Shown: positions 44,978-55,296, counted from the stretch's first letter. The stretch is 64,000 nucleotides of DNA from Tagaea sp. (GCA_965279525.1 CBDIIB010000005.1:288001-352000); one strand, 5' to 3'. Numbers and translations are program-made. Notes: generated by a model not told the origin, from the sequence alone.

Positions 44978-45961
44978 ATGGCCTACGCGGGCGCCAAGCA
45001 GATTGCAGTCGAGGAAATCCCGATCATCGATGTCGGCGATCTCGCGTCGGACGACCGCGAGAAGATCGATGCGGTCGGCGCGCAGATGCGCGAGGCCGCC
45101 GAGCGGATCGGCTTTTTCTATGTCCGCAATCACGGCATAGCACCGGCCCTGGTCGAACGCGTCTATGCGGCCAGTCGGGCCTTCTTCGCGCAACCGGATG
45201 CCGTCAAGCGGACGGTCACGATCAACGATCTCCATCGCGGATTCCTGTCGGTCGGCGGCGCGAAGATGTACAGCAGCGCCAAGATCGATCTGAAGGAGAG
45301 CTATCTCTGGGGCCTCGAGCTTGGCGACGACGATCCCGACGTCGCCGCCGGCAAGCCGCTGATGGGGCCGAACAACTGGCCGGCCGGAAGCCCCGAGACG
45401 CGGGCGGCGTTCTACGCCTACTACCTCGCGATCTGCGATTGCGGACAACGCCTGCTCAAGGGTCTTGCCGCCAGCCTCGGGCGCGATCCCTCCTTCTTCG
45501 CTGCCGCGTTCGCCAAACCGCTCGCGCGCGGTTCGGCGATCTACTATCCGCCGCAACCCCCGGATCTCGGCGAGACACAGTTCGGCGTGGCGCCTCACAC
45601 CGACTACGGTGGCCTGACGCTGCTGTCGCAGGATCAGGTCGGAGGGCTTCAGGTTCTCGCCAAGTCCGGTCAGTGGGTCACGGCGCATCCGGTTCCGGAC
45701 ACGCTGGTCGTCAATATCGGCGATCTCATGCATCGCTGGACGAACGCGCGCTTCAGCTCGAACCCGCATCGCGTGATCAACGCGTCGGGTCGCGAACGCT
45801 ATTCGATCGCCGTCTTCTTCGATCCGCATCCCGACACGGTCGTCGATCCGCGCGACCTGCTCGACGACAAGGCCGCCGCGAAATACCCGCCGATCGCGTG
45901 TGGCGAGTACATCGTCCAGCGCTTCGACAAGGCGTTCAAGTACCGGCAGGCGAAGTCGTGA
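44978..45961 (+). CDS. isopenicillin N synthase-family 2OG-Fe(II) oxygenase (second)
   Basis: IPIIDV, PHTDYG, NPHRV, RYSIAVF. Confidence 0.9.
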   Translation: MAYAGAKQIAVEEIPIIDVGDLASDDREKIDAVGAQMREAAERIGFFYVRNHGIAPALVERVYAASRAFFAQPDAVKRTVTINDLHRGFLSVGGAKMYSSAKIDLKESYLWGLELGDDDPDVAAGKPLMGPNNWPAGSPETRAAFYAYYLAICDCGQRLLKGLAASLGRDPSFFAAAFAKPLARGSAIYYPPQPPDLGETQFGVAPHTDYGGLTLLSQDQVGGLQVLAKSGQWVTAHPVPDTLVVNIGDLMHRWTNARFSSNPHRVINASGRERYSIAVFFDPHPDTVVDPRDLLDDKAAAKYPPIACGEYIVQRFDKAFKYRQAKS

Positions 45962-46349
45962 TCCGGCGTGCGCGCTCGAGCCAGGCCTCCAGCCATTCGG
46001 CATAGGACCGCTCGCAGCGCAGCACGTAGCCCCCGGGCGTACAGACGAGGATGACAGCCATGTCGCCGAGGCGCGTGCGGCCGGCGAAATCCGGCGCGAG
46101 GCGTCCGAGATCGAGCGCGATGCCTTGGGCCAGCAGGTCCGCCGCCCCTGGGCCGTCAACCGAAAAGGCGGCATAGGCGTGCGACATGTCGACGGCCATT
46201 CCGTCGGCCGGGGGCGCGGCGCATGCCCCGAAGACGAGCCACATCGCCGGCTCGATCCGCACGGACGGTTCGCGCGGCGCGGATCGCGAAAGCCACGCGG
46301 TCAACCGTTCCGCCGGCAAGGCACGGATGCGAATCTCGCGATCAGCCAC
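45936..46349 (-). CDS. soxG: sarcosine oxidase gamma subunit-like (short)
   Basis: VDMSHAY, GIALDL, RSYAEWLEAWL; GTG start overlaps the soxA end. Confidence 0.7.
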   Translation of the reverse strand: MADREIRIRALPAERLTAWLSRSAPREPSVRIEPAMWLVFGACAAPPADGMAVDMSHAYAAFSVDGPGAADLLAQGIALDLGRLAPDFAGRTRLGDMAVILVCTPGGYVLRCERSYAEWLEAWLERARRITTSPAGT

Positions 46350-49257
46350 GCTGGCGATCCCCGCGCGGGTCGTAGAAAGCCGGCGCCACGACCCGCGCGC
46401 CGGCGACCCCGTCGGCAAGCGCCACCGTCACGTCGCTGCCGACAAGTGCGCGACCGTTTTCGATCAGCGCCAGCGCCAGCGACCGGCCCAGCGCATCGCT
46501 CCAGCAGCTTGCGGTGACGTGGCCGCGTCCGCGCGCGGCATCGCGCCACATCACGCAGGCACCCTCCGGCAGCACGAAGCGCGCGTCGCGCGAAAGCAGG
46601 CCGACAAGCTGTGGCCGGCCGGAAGGATCGGCGCGGTTGCGCCGCAACGCCTGCCGGCCGATGAAATCGGCCTTGTCGGCTTGCACGGCAAAACCCAGTC
46701 CCAGATCGTAAGGATCGGCGATCCCGTCGCCTTCATGCCCGACCGAGATGAAGCCCTTCTCGATCCGCAGCACGTGGTTGGCCTCCGAACCGACCGGCAC
46801 GATTGCGTGCCGTGCACCGGCTTCCAGAAGACGCGCCCAGAGGGCGCGTGCCGCACTCGCAGGCAGGAAAATCTCGAACGACAATTCGCCGGTGAAGCCG
46901 GCGCGTGCAACGCGGACTGCCTGCCCGCCGATGCGCGCCTCCACGAGCGACATGAACGGAAAGTCGGCCGGAAGCACGGCGCCGGCCTCGGCAAGCACGG
47001 CACGCGCCTGCGGACCGCACAGCACCAGATCGGCCCATTGCTCGGTCACCGGCAGGATGAAGACCGAGAGGTCGGGTCGCAGGATCTGGCGGCAATATTC
47101 GAAGCGCTGCAGGCAGGCATCGGCATTGCCGGTCGTCGTCGTCACGAAGAAACGGTCGGGGGCAGTTCGGAAAACGATGCCGTCATCAAAGAGCCGCCCG
47201 TCCTCGTGGACCTGCAGCGCATAGCGCCCGCGGCCAGGCTTCAGGTCCGAGAGCCGCGTGGCATAGACGAAGTCGAGGAAGACGGCTGCATCCCGCCCGC
47301 CAATCTCGAACTTGCCGAGTGGCGAGGAATCGTAGAGGCCGACGCATTGGCGGACCGCGCGGCATTCCCGATGCGTGGCGCTTTCGAGCGTCTCGCCGGA
47401 ACGCGGGTAGTAGCCCGGTCGCCGCCAGTTGGCGCCGGATTCGTACATGACGGCACCAGACGCCTCGTGGATCGAGGTCAGTGTCGTGGTCCGCGACGGG
47501 CGAAGGAGCCTGCCGCCCGCATCGGCGAGTGCCGCGAACGCGACCGGGACGAAGGGCGGCCGATAGGTCGTGGTGCCCGCCGCCGCGGGCGAGACTTCGC
47601 GTGCCCGCGCGAGCGCGTCGATCGCGTTCATGTTGCCGAAGCGGCCCTGGTCGGGCGCCATGCCCGTCGTAGTATAGCGCTTCAGCAGCTCGACGGCATC
47701 GTAACCTTCCTGCACGGCAAGCCGCAGGTCGTCGGCCGTCACGTCGGCAGCCACATCGACGAAGGCCTTGCCGCCGCGCCGGGCGCGCGGCATTTCCCAG
47801 CGCGCCAGAAGACCGGCCGGTCGGTCGGTCGATACCGGAACATGTCGCGCCGCCGACGCGACGAAGCCGGCGGCTTTCACCGCCGCGATGCCGGCGCGAT
47901 GCCCGTCCGCAAGCGCCTCACCGATCCTTCCGCGTCCATTGCAGGCACCGGCACTGAACGCGCCGTCATGCGGCGCGGTCGGCACGAAAGCGGACAGGTG
48001 CGGCTCGAATTCGAGCCTGCCGCCGGCGTGCGAATGCAGATGCACGGCCGGCGTCCAGCCACCTGCCATCGCGACGGTGTCGCATGGAAGATCGCGCGTC
48101 CGGCCAGGCTCCGCGACCAGGGCAATGCGCAATCCGCGCACCGGCGAACCGAGGGCCGCGATCGCCGCATGGCCGGCATGGATCGCGATGCCGGCGGCTC
48201 GAGCCGCGGCGACGCGAAGCGGATCTGCTGCCGGCCGGATGTCGACGAGTGCCGATACCCGCACGCCGGCGGCGGCGAGGGCGGCCGCGTCGTCATAGGC
48301 CTCGTCGTTGTTGGCAATGACGGCGACATCGCGCCCGCAGGCGACGGCAAAACGTCGCGCATAGGACAGGACGGCGGAGAGCAGCATCACGCCCGGCCGG
48401 TCGTTGTCGGCGAAGACGAAGGGCCGCTCGAATGCGCCGGTCGCCAGCACGACCGTCTTCGCGCGGATCTTCCAGAGACGTTTCTCGATCCCGCAGGCAG
48501 GTGCCTCTTCAAGTGCGACGATCAAGCCGCCGTCGTACCGACCCAGCGCCGTCGTCCGCGACAGGACACGCACGCCGCGGGCGCGCAGAAGTGCAGTGGT
48601 CCGGGCAATCCAGTCTGGAGCCGCGTTGCCGTCGATTTCCGCGTCCGGCCGGTCGCGCAACGCGCCGCCCGGCGCCAGATCTTCGTCGAGGAGCCAGACC
48701 CGTGCGTCCGTCGCTGCCGACACAGCCGTTGCCGCGGCCAGACCGGCAGCACCGCCGCCGACGACCAGCACGTCGCAATGCGCGAAACGTTTCTCGCACG
48801 CGAGCGGGCCCGATGCTTCGGGCAACCTTCCCAAGCCGGCCAGTGCGCGGATCGCCGGCTCGAAAAGATGCCAGGCGCGGCCGCGCGGACCGCGAAATGT
48901 CTTGTAGTAAAATCCCGCCGGCATCAACGCGCCGAATGCACCGAGAACGGACGCGACATCGAATGCTGCCGACGGCCAGCAATTGACCGCGCGCGCGTCC
49001 AGTCCCGCCGTGGCAGCAAGCCGGGTCGCAAGCTCGACGCCGTCACGCGTCTGGACCAACGCGTTCGGTTCGTGCCAGCCGAAGCCGACAATCCCGCGCG
49101 GCCGGTGGTACTTGAAGCTGCGCGCGACGGTCCGCACGCCGTTTGCGAGCAGCGTTGCGGCAAGTGTTTCACCGGCACGGCCCGCGAGCGACCGGCCGTC
49201 GAAAGTGACGGGCACGATCGCATCGGGTGGGACAGCGGAAAGTCTGTATCCGCTCAT
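46342..49257 (-). CDS. soxA: sarcosine oxidase alpha subunit-like
   Basis: RSFKYHRPRG, GFYYKTF, NDRPGVML, KRYTTTGMAPDQG, GcvT-like C-terminus, FYDPRG. Confidence 0.9.
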   Translation of the reverse strand: MSGYRLSAVPPDAIVPVTFDGRSLAGRAGETLAATLLANGVRTVARSFKYHRPRGIVGFGWHEPNALVQTRDGVELATRLAATAGLDARAVNCWPSAAFDVASVLGAFGALMPAGFYYKTFRGPRGRAWHLFEPAIRALAGLGRLPEASGPLACEKRFAHCDVLVVGGGAAGLAAATAVSAATDARVWLLDEDLAPGGALRDRPDAEIDGNAAPDWIARTTALLRARGVRVLSRTTALGRYDGGLIVALEEAPACGIEKRLWKIRAKTVVLATGAFERPFVFADNDRPGVMLLSAVLSYARRFAVACGRDVAVIANNDEAYDDAAALAAAGVRVSALVDIRPAADPLRVAAARAAGIAIHAGHAAIAALGSPVRGLRIALVAEPGRTRDLPCDTVAMAGGWTPAVHLHSHAGGRLEFEPHLSAFVPTAPHDGAFSAGACNGRGRIGEALADGHRAGIAAVKAAGFVASAARHVPVSTDRPAGLLARWEMPRARRGGKAFVDVAADVTADDLRLAVQEGYDAVELLKRYTTTGMAPDQGRFGNMNAIDALARAREVSPAAAGTTTYRPPFVPVAFAALADAGGRLLRPSRTTTLTSIHEASGAVMYESGANWRRPGYYPRSGETLESATHRECRAVRQCVGLYDSSPLGKFEIGGRDAAVFLDFVYATRLSDLKPGRGRYALQVHEDGRLFDDGIVFRTAPDRFFVTTTTGNADACLQRFEYCRQILRPDLSVFILPVTEQWADLVLCGPQARAVLAEAGAVLPADFPFMSLVEARIGGQAVRVARAGFTGELSFEIFLPASAARALWARLLEAGARHAIVPVGSEANHVLRIEKGFISVGHEGDGIADPYDLGLGFAVQADKADFIGRQALRRNRADPSGRPQLVGLLSRDARFVLPEGACVMWRDAARGRGHVTASCWSDALGRSLALALIENGRALVGSDVTVALADGVAGARVVAPAFYDPRGDRQRG

Positions 49258-49478
49258 GGCACGAACGCGTTCGAAGCGGTGTCGCGGCGCAGGCGAAGCC
49301 AACCGCGGCAGCCGAACCTGTGCCACCAGAGTTCCTCGGCAACCCCCTTCGGATTGGCACGCGCGTAAAGCGTGTCCGCGAGATCATCCGCCGATGACGG
49401 ATGCGCCGTCGCCTCGCCCATGCAGACGAATTCATTCTGTTCGCGCAGACCGCAATCGGGACAAGGGACGAGCCGCAT
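49254..49478 (-). CDS. soxD: sarcosine oxidase delta subunit-like
   Basis: PCPDCGLR...EF...NPKG...WWHRFGC zinc motif. Confidence 0.85.
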   Translation of the reverse strand: MRLVPCPDCGLREQNEFVCMGEATAHPSSADDLADTLYARANPKGVAEELWWHRFGCRGWLRLRRDTASNAFVP

Positions 49479-49482
49479 GGCT

Positions 49483-50733
49483 TTATGAATCCCGGTTCGA
49501 CGCGCCGGCGGTTTCGTAGAGCGGCCGGCCGCGTGCGAACCGGTCGAGCGCGAACCCGGCGATCTCCGGTCCGGGAAGGTCGTTGGCGATGAGGTCCGCG
49601 AACGCGGCACCACCGGCCGGGATCGCCTTGAAGCCGCCGGAGCCCCATCCGACATCGAGATAAAGCCCCTCGACCGGCGTCTTCGAGACGATTGGCGACG
49701 TGTCGTGGCAAAGATCGATCGCACCGGCCCATTGGCGAAGCATCCGTACACGGCCGAGGACCGGGAAAAGCTCGACGAGGTTCGACACGACGCGCTCGAG
49801 CGTGGCGAACTCGCCGCGCTGGACATAGGACGGGACCGGATCCGAGCCGCCGCCGATGACCAGTTCGCCCTTGTCGGACTGGCTCAGATAGACCTGCCCC
49901 GGGCAATTGACGATGCAGGAGAGCATGGGCTTCAGCGGCTCGGAGACGAAAGCCTGCAGCGGCACCGTCTCGATCGGAAGCCGTAGGCCGGCCGTTTGGG
50001 CAAGCACGCTTGCGTGCGCCGAGACGGCGAGCGCCACTTTCGGGGCCGCGACGAAGCCGTGCGTCGTCTCGACGCCGGTAACGCGCCCGCCGCTTCGCCG
50101 GATCGCCGTCACTTCGCAGTTCTGGACGATATCCACGCCCAGCGCGTCGGCCGCACGCGCGTATCCCCATGCCACGGCATCGTGGCGGGCGACACCGGCG
50201 GTCGGATGCCAGGTCGCCGCCAGGATCGGCAGGCGCTTGGGTCCGTCGAGATCGAGAATCGGCACGCGTCCCTTCGCCGCCTGCGGCGTGATGATCTCGA
50301 ATGGCACGTCGGCAAGCCGCAGGATCGACTGGCGGCGCTTCACGTCGCGCAGCTTGGCCCATGTCTGGATCAGGTCGATCTGGCCGCGCTCGGAGAACAT
50401 GACGTTGAAGCCGAGTTCGCCCGACATCTCGCGCCACATCCGCAGGCCTTCGGCATGGAACCGGATGGATTCTTCGCGCAGGTAGTTGGCCCGGATCGTC
50501 ACCGTGTTGCGGCCCGTGTTGCCGCCACCCACCCAGCCCTTGTCGACCACCAGCACGTCGCGAAGCCCGTGCCGCCGGGCGAGGTAATATGCCGTGGCGA
50601 GGCCGTGCCCGCCCGCCCCGACGATCACGGCGTCGTATTTCGCGCGCAGCGGCGGACTGCGCCACGCGCGCGGCCAGTCGGTCCGGGCTGCGAACGCGTT
50701 GCGCGCCAGACTCCAGATCGAATAGCCGCGCAT
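49483..50733 (-). CDS. soxB: sarcosine oxidase beta subunit-like
   Basis: GAGGHGLATAYYLA, GGNTGRNT, ARHDAVAWGYAR, GWGSGGFKAIP. Confidence 0.9.
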   Translation of the reverse strand: MRGYSIWSLARNAFAARTDWPRAWRSPPLRAKYDAVIVGAGGHGLATAYYLARRHGLRDVLVVDKGWVGGGNTGRNTVTIRANYLREESIRFHAEGLRMWREMSGELGFNVMFSERGQIDLIQTWAKLRDVKRRQSILRLADVPFEIITPQAAKGRVPILDLDGPKRLPILAATWHPTAGVARHDAVAWGYARAADALGVDIVQNCEVTAIRRSGGRVTGVETTHGFVAAPKVALAVSAHASVLAQTAGLRLPIETVPLQAFVSEPLKPMLSCIVNCPGQVYLSQSDKGELVIGGGSDPVPSYVQRGEFATLERVVSNLVELFPVLGRVRMLRQWAGAIDLCHDTSPIVSKTPVEGLYLDVGWGSGGFKAIPAGGAAFADLIANDLPGPEIAGFALDRFARGRPLYETAGASNRDS

Positions 50734-50738
50734 GCGCG

Positions 50739-51347
50739 TCAGACGTGCTCCCAGTCGTCGAGCTTGTCGGAGTTCGGCGGCGAATAGCCGAGGATGTCGC
50801 CCTGCGTCGTGACGCCAAGCCCGTTCAGCAGCCGGTTTGAATAGTTGAAATAGGCGCAGACCTGGTTCGCCTCGAAGATCTCGGCATCGCTCGCACCGGC
50901 GGCGCGCGCGGCCTCGACATCGGCCTCTTCCATCTTCTGCGGCTCGAGCGTGAGCTTGCGCACGTAGCGCAGCAGGCCGAGCTCCTTGCCGTCGAACGCG
51001 CGTTCGGGCGCGCCAAGCACCAGCGCCTGATAGATCGAACGCGCCTTCGCGTCGTCCTTCAGCAGGCGCGTGAGCCCGGCATAATGGTGCGAGACCGAGT
51101 ACTCGCACTTGTTGGAAAGGCTCGTGTAGATGCCGAGACACTCGAGGAACCAGACGGGCATCGTATTGCCGACATGGTGCAGCACGCTTTTGTAGAGCGC
51201 ACTGTGGCCCTCCATGGTGTGCGGACGCAGCGAATGGATCTTCATCACGTTGTCGATGGCCCCGCCCGGCCCCTTCACGCGGTCGTAGAGCTGGCGCAGA
51301 TATCCGGTCGATTCGTCGTACTGCAGCATCTTGATCCAGGCCGTCAT
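50739..51347 (-). CDS. AhpD/carboxymuconolactone decarboxylase-like peroxidase-related protein
   Basis: HSLRP, NKCEYSVSHH (CxxS instead of CxxC), AYFNYSNR. Confidence 0.8.
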   Translation of the reverse strand: MTAWIKMLQYDESTGYLRQLYDRVKGPGGAIDNVMKIHSLRPHTMEGHSALYKSVLHHVGNTMPVWFLECLGIYTSLSNKCEYSVSHHYAGLTRLLKDDAKARSIYQALVLGAPERAFDGKELGLLRYVRKLTLEPQKMEEADVEAARAAGASDAEIFEANQVCAYFNYSNRLLNGLGVTTQGDILGYSPPNSDKLDDWEHV

Positions 51348-51373
51348 CGTGTCGTCTCCTTGAAGGGCCGGCG

Positions 51374-52627
51374 TCAGAACCAGCCGGAATAGCGGGTCGG
51401 CGAATAGGGCTTGAGATCGATCGCCGGCGCCCGGCCGGCAACCAGATCGGCGACGATCCCGGCCGTCGTGGCGGCAAGCGTGAGCCCGAGATGTGCGTGG
51501 CCGAAGGCGAGGATCGCGCGCTGGCTTGCGGGTGCTGCACCGATCACCGGCAGGCCGTCTGGAAGCGATGGCCGAAACCCCATCCAATAGGTCGGGTCGC
51601 GCACGTCCAGTTCCGGCAGAAGTCGTCGCGCATTCGCCACAAGTTGCTCGGCCCGCGCATAGTTCGGCGGCGCTTCCATTCCGGCCAATTCGACCGTTCC
51701 GGCAAGGCGCAGGCCGCCCGACATCGTGGTCAGCGCGTACTTGCCTTCGCCGTCGATCATCTGGGCCGGAAGCTCCAGCCCCGGTGCCGGCAGCATCGCG
51801 TGATAGCCGCGTTCCACATCGAGCGGCACGCGCGCACCCAGTTTGGCGGCAAATGGCCGGGAATGGGCGCCAGCGGCGAGCACGAAATGCCCGGCCCGCC
51901 ACGAAGCCCCCGACGTGCGGAAAGCAACGCCGTCGGCATCGGCGGCAAGATCGTCGATCGCTTCGCGCACTATGCGGCCGCCTTTGGATTCGAGCGCCGT
52001 CGCCAACCCGTCGCACAGAGCACCGGGATCGACGACATGTCCTGCACCCGGCGAGAAGACGCCGTAGCGGTACGTCGAAGACAGCATCGGCGCGAAGTTG
52101 CGCAGCCATGCGCCATCGACCTCCTCCATCGCCACGCCGCGCTTGCGCCGCAGTGCGTGTGCCGCTTCGGCACCCGCCCGGCTGCCGGCACTGGCGTAGG
52201 CATAGAGGATTCCCTGCCGGCGCAGCAGATGGCCCACACCCGTGCGGGCGGCAAAATCCTGCCAGACCTCGTACGAGGTCAGCGTCAGGGCCGCGAGCGC
52301 CTTCGAGATCGCCTCCACCCGGTGCGGCAAGGCCGCATGCGCGAAGCCGAGCAGCCAGGGAACGAGCCGTGGCAGATAGGCGGGCCGGATCGCGAGCGGG
52401 GACAGCGGATCGGCCAGCATGCGCGGCAGGGCACGGATCGTCGAGGGCATCGCCGTCGGCGCCACCCAGCCGGGCGTGATGCCGCCGGCATTGCCGAAGG
52501 ATGCGGCGCGCCCCGGAGCCGGATCGAAGAGCGTCACCTCGCGGCCGGCCTCGGCGAGTGCAAAGGCGCTGGCAAGCCCGATCGCACCGCCGCCCAGCAC
52601 CGCGACATCGAGGCGACGGATGCTCAC
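51374..52627 (-). CDS. FAD-dependent D-amino acid dehydrogenase-like oxidoreductase
   Basis: GGGAIGLA, ASFGNAG, ERGYH, WMGFRP, FGHAHLGLT. Confidence 0.88.
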   Translation of the reverse strand: MSIRRLDVAVLGGGAIGLASAFALAEAGREVTLFDPAPGRAASFGNAGGITPGWVAPTAMPSTIRALPRMLADPLSPLAIRPAYLPRLVPWLLGFAHAALPHRVEAISKALAALTLTSYEVWQDFAARTGVGHLLRRQGILYAYASAGSRAGAEAAHALRRKRGVAMEEVDGAWLRNFAPMLSSTYRYGVFSPGAGHVVDPGALCDGLATALESKGGRIVREAIDDLAADADGVAFRTSGASWRAGHFVLAAGAHSRPFAAKLGARVPLDVERGYHAMLPAPGLELPAQMIDGEGKYALTTMSGGLRLAGTVELAGMEAPPNYARAEQLVANARRLLPELDVRDPTYWMGFRPSLPDGLPVIGAAPASQRAILAFGHAHLGLTLAATTAGIVADLVAGRAPAIDLKPYSPTRYSGWF

Positions 52628-53538
52628 TTGAAGCGGCCCATCCGCACCTCGAGCCGGGCGAACTGGCGCGAGAGCGCGAAGCAGAGGGCGAAATAGAGAA
52701 GTGCGACGATCGTCCATGCCTCGAAGACGCGCGTCGTCGTCGCGGCGACCTCGTTGCCCATGAATGTCAGGTCCTGGATCGAGATCAGCGAGACGATCGA
52801 CGAATCCTTGATCAGCGATATGAACTGGCCGGCGAGCGGCGGGATCGTGCGCTGGATCGCCTGCGGCAGGATGACGAGGCGCAGCGTCTTGCCGCGCGTC
52901 AGCCCGAGCGATCTGGACGCTTCCCACTGCCCCTTGTCGATCGATTCGATTCCCCCACGCACGATCTCGGTCACATAGGCGCCTTCGAACAGCGCAAGGC
53001 ACAGGACGGCGGACAGGAGCGCGGGAAGGAACTGCGGCGGCCCCAGCAGCAGGTCGACGGCGGCGCGCGCCTCGGGCGATGCCGTGCGCACCCAGACATC
53101 GACCCCGAGCAGGGGCACGATCTGGCTGGTCAGGAAGAAATAGAACACGAAGATGAAGACGAGCGGCGGCACGTTGCGGATCAGCTCGACATAGCTGCGC
53201 GCGACGAGGTTGAGGAAAAGCGAGTTCGAGACCCGCGCGATCCCCATCAGGCCGCCGAATATGGCGGCAAGCAGGCCCGCCCAGACGGAAATGCGGATCG
53301 TGGTCCACAGGCCCTTGAGGATCAGGTTCGGAACCCAGGAATCCTGCACGGCGTCGTAGCGGATGACGAAGCCCCACACGGGGGCCCAGTTCCAGTCGTA
53401 ACGCAGAACGGTCTGCGCCCGCCATATGACGTACGCGATCGTCGCGAGCAGGACAGCGACGATGACGGCATCGATCGGCCCGAGCCGCCGCCTGCGTGGC
53501 GCAGGCGGCGGGCCGGAGGCTTGCAGTGCCGACGTCAC
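52624..53538 (-). CDS. polar amino acid ABC permease
   Basis: YVELIRNVP, EIVRGGI...GQWEA, LIKDSS. Confidence 0.9.
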   Translation of the reverse strand: MTSALQASGPPPAPRRRRLGPIDAVIVAVLLATIAYVIWRAQTVLRYDWNWAPVWGFVIRYDAVQDSWVPNLILKGLWTTIRISVWAGLLAAIFGGLMGIARVSNSLFLNLVARSYVELIRNVPPLVFIFVFYFFLTSQIVPLLGVDVWVRTASPEARAAVDLLLGPPQFLPALLSAVLCLALFEGAYVTEIVRGGIESIDKGQWEASRSLGLTRGKTLRLVILPQAIQRTIPPLAGQFISLIKDSSIVSLISIQDLTFMGNEVAATTTRVFEAWTIVALLYFALCFALSRQFARLEVRMGRFK

Positions 53539-54368
53539 TAGGGCTGCTGGTCCTTCCACTCGCGGGCCTTGAACCAGTAGGCCTGCCGCTCGGCGAGCCA
53601 GCCGTCGATCGTCCGGTTCTGGATCCAGTTGTTGAGGAAGTTGAGCGCGTCCGGATCGCCCTTGCGCACGGCCATCGCGTCGGCCTGGCCGACGAGCGGC
53701 TCGGCGAACGGACGGAACAGCGCGTTCGGGTTGTCGAGCGTCGCGAACGCCGGCTTGGGCACCGTGCTGACCCAGGCGTGCGCGCGGTCGTTGGTGACCT
53801 CGAGCAGTGCGGGCGCGTCGTCATCGAACAGGCGCAGCGTCGCTTTCGGGAACAGGCGCTGGGCCGTCGTCGCGGCCGACGTGCCGCGCCGCGCGGACAG
53901 CGTGACGGTCGGCTTGTCGAAATCCGCGACCGTCTTGAAGGCGCCGGCGAGCTTCTTGCTGGCGACGACGTCGACGCCGGTTGCCGAGTAGGGTGCCGTG
54001 AAGTTGACGGTCAGGTTGCGCGCCGGCGTGATCGTCATGCCGCCGATGATGAAGTCGAACTGGCCGGCGAGCAGGGCGGGAATGATGCCGTCCCAGGCCG
54101 TCGGCACGAACTCGGGCTTCACGCCCATGTCCTCGGCGAGCTTCTTGGCGACATCGACTTCGTAGCCGATGAGCTCGCCCGACTTGCTGCGGAAGGCCCA
54201 CGGCACGAACGTCGAAAGGCCGACGCGCAGCGTGCCGCGCTTCTTGATTTCCTCGATGGCGCTCGTCGCCGACAGGGCCGCGCGCGCGTCCTGCGCCACG
54301 GCCGCGTAGGGTGCGAGCAGGACCGTCGCGGCAAATGCCGCGAGAGCCAGTTTCTTGAGTCCGAACAT
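53538..54368 (-). CDS. polar amino acid ABC substrate-binding protein
   Basis: Signal peptide, GTLRVG, WDGIIPAL, GMTITPAR. Confidence 0.92.
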   Translation of the reverse strand: MFGLKKLALAAFAATVLLAPYAAVAQDARAALSATSAIEEIKKRGTLRVGLSTFVPWAFRSKSGELIGYEVDVAKKLAEDMGVKPEFVPTAWDGIIPALLAGQFDFIIGGMTITPARNLTVNFTAPYSATGVDVVASKKLAGAFKTVADFDKPTVTLSARRGTSAATTAQRLFPKATLRLFDDDAPALLEVTNDRAHAWVSTVPKPAFATLDNPNALFRPFAEPLVGQADAMAVRKGDPDALNFLNNWIQNRTIDGWLAERQAYWFKAREWKDQQP

Positions 54369-54393
54369 GTAGCCTCCTTCTTCTTGCGTTGGT

Positions 54394-55206
54394 TCAGTTC
54401 TTGAGTCGTCTCTCGAGTACGCCGACAGCCGCGGACATCGTCCCGGTCACGACCAGATAGACGGCGGCGACGGCAAGCCAGATCTCGAATGTCAGGAACG
54501 TGTCGGCGATGACGTTGCGCCCCTCGTTCGTCAGGTCGAACACGGCGATCACGCTGACGATCGCCGAGTGCTTGACCAGCGACACGGAAAGTCCCGTCAG
54601 CGGCGGCAGCACCAGCCGCAGCGCCTGCGGCAGCACGATGTTGCGATAGAGCCGCGCCGTCGTGAGGCCGAGACTGCGGCCGGCTTCCCACTGGCCCTTC
54701 GGCACGGCTTCGATCCCGGCGCGGAAGATCTCGGCCGCGAAGGCCCCTTCGAAGACCGCCAGGCACAGCACGCCGGTCCAGTAGCGGTCGATGCCCAGGA
54801 TCGGCGACAGGACGAAATAGAACAGATAGAGCTGCACGAGCAGCGGCGTGTTGCGGATCGCCTCGACATAGATGCGCACCAGCGCCCCGCCGACGAGCGA
54901 ACCCGACTGGCGCAGGATCGCCGCGACCAGGCCGAAGACCACCGTGAGCACGAGTGCGAGCGCGCTGATCTCCAGCGTGACGAGAAGCCCTTTGGCGAGA
55001 GGCCCCAGATAGATCTCGCCGTCGATCTCGCGGAAGAAATATCGCGGCACGCGGTACCACTGCCAGTTATAGCCCATGCGGCCGGCGCCATAGACCGTCG
55101 CCCAGACGATCAGGCCGGCAAAAAGGCCGAACTGGACGAGATCGGAAAGGCGGCGCCAGGCGAACGGTGCCTTTGGCGGTCCTTGCATGTTGTCGACTGC
55201 GTTCAT
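54394..55206 (-). CDS. polar amino acid ABC permease
   Basis: RNTPLLVQL, AEIFRAGI...GQWEA. Confidence 0.9.
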   Translation of the reverse strand: MNAVDNMQGPPKAPFAWRRLSDLVQFGLFAGLIVWATVYGAGRMGYNWQWYRVPRYFFREIDGEIYLGPLAKGLLVTLEISALALVLTVVFGLVAAILRQSGSLVGGALVRIYVEAIRNTPLLVQLYLFYFVLSPILGIDRYWTGVLCLAVFEGAFAAEIFRAGIEAVPKGQWEAGRSLGLTTARLYRNIVLPQALRLVLPPLTGLSVSLVKHSAIVSVIAVFDLTNEGRNVIADTFLTFEIWLAVAAVYLVVTGTMSAAVGVLERRLKN

Positions 55207-55280
55207 CGCGTTCCGTTCGTCGGCATTCCGGCGAGCACGCCTCTCGTCCGCGCGAAATGCCCGGCGATGTTAACAGCGCA

Positions 55281-55296
55281 CGCAAGAAACCTGCCA
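55281..55296 (-). promoter_or_regulatory. sigma-54 promoter candidate for the amino acid ABC-dehydrogenase-sox operon
   Basis: Reverse strand TGGCAGGTTTCTTGCG, a close match to TGGCAC-N5-TTGC. Confidence 0.65.
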
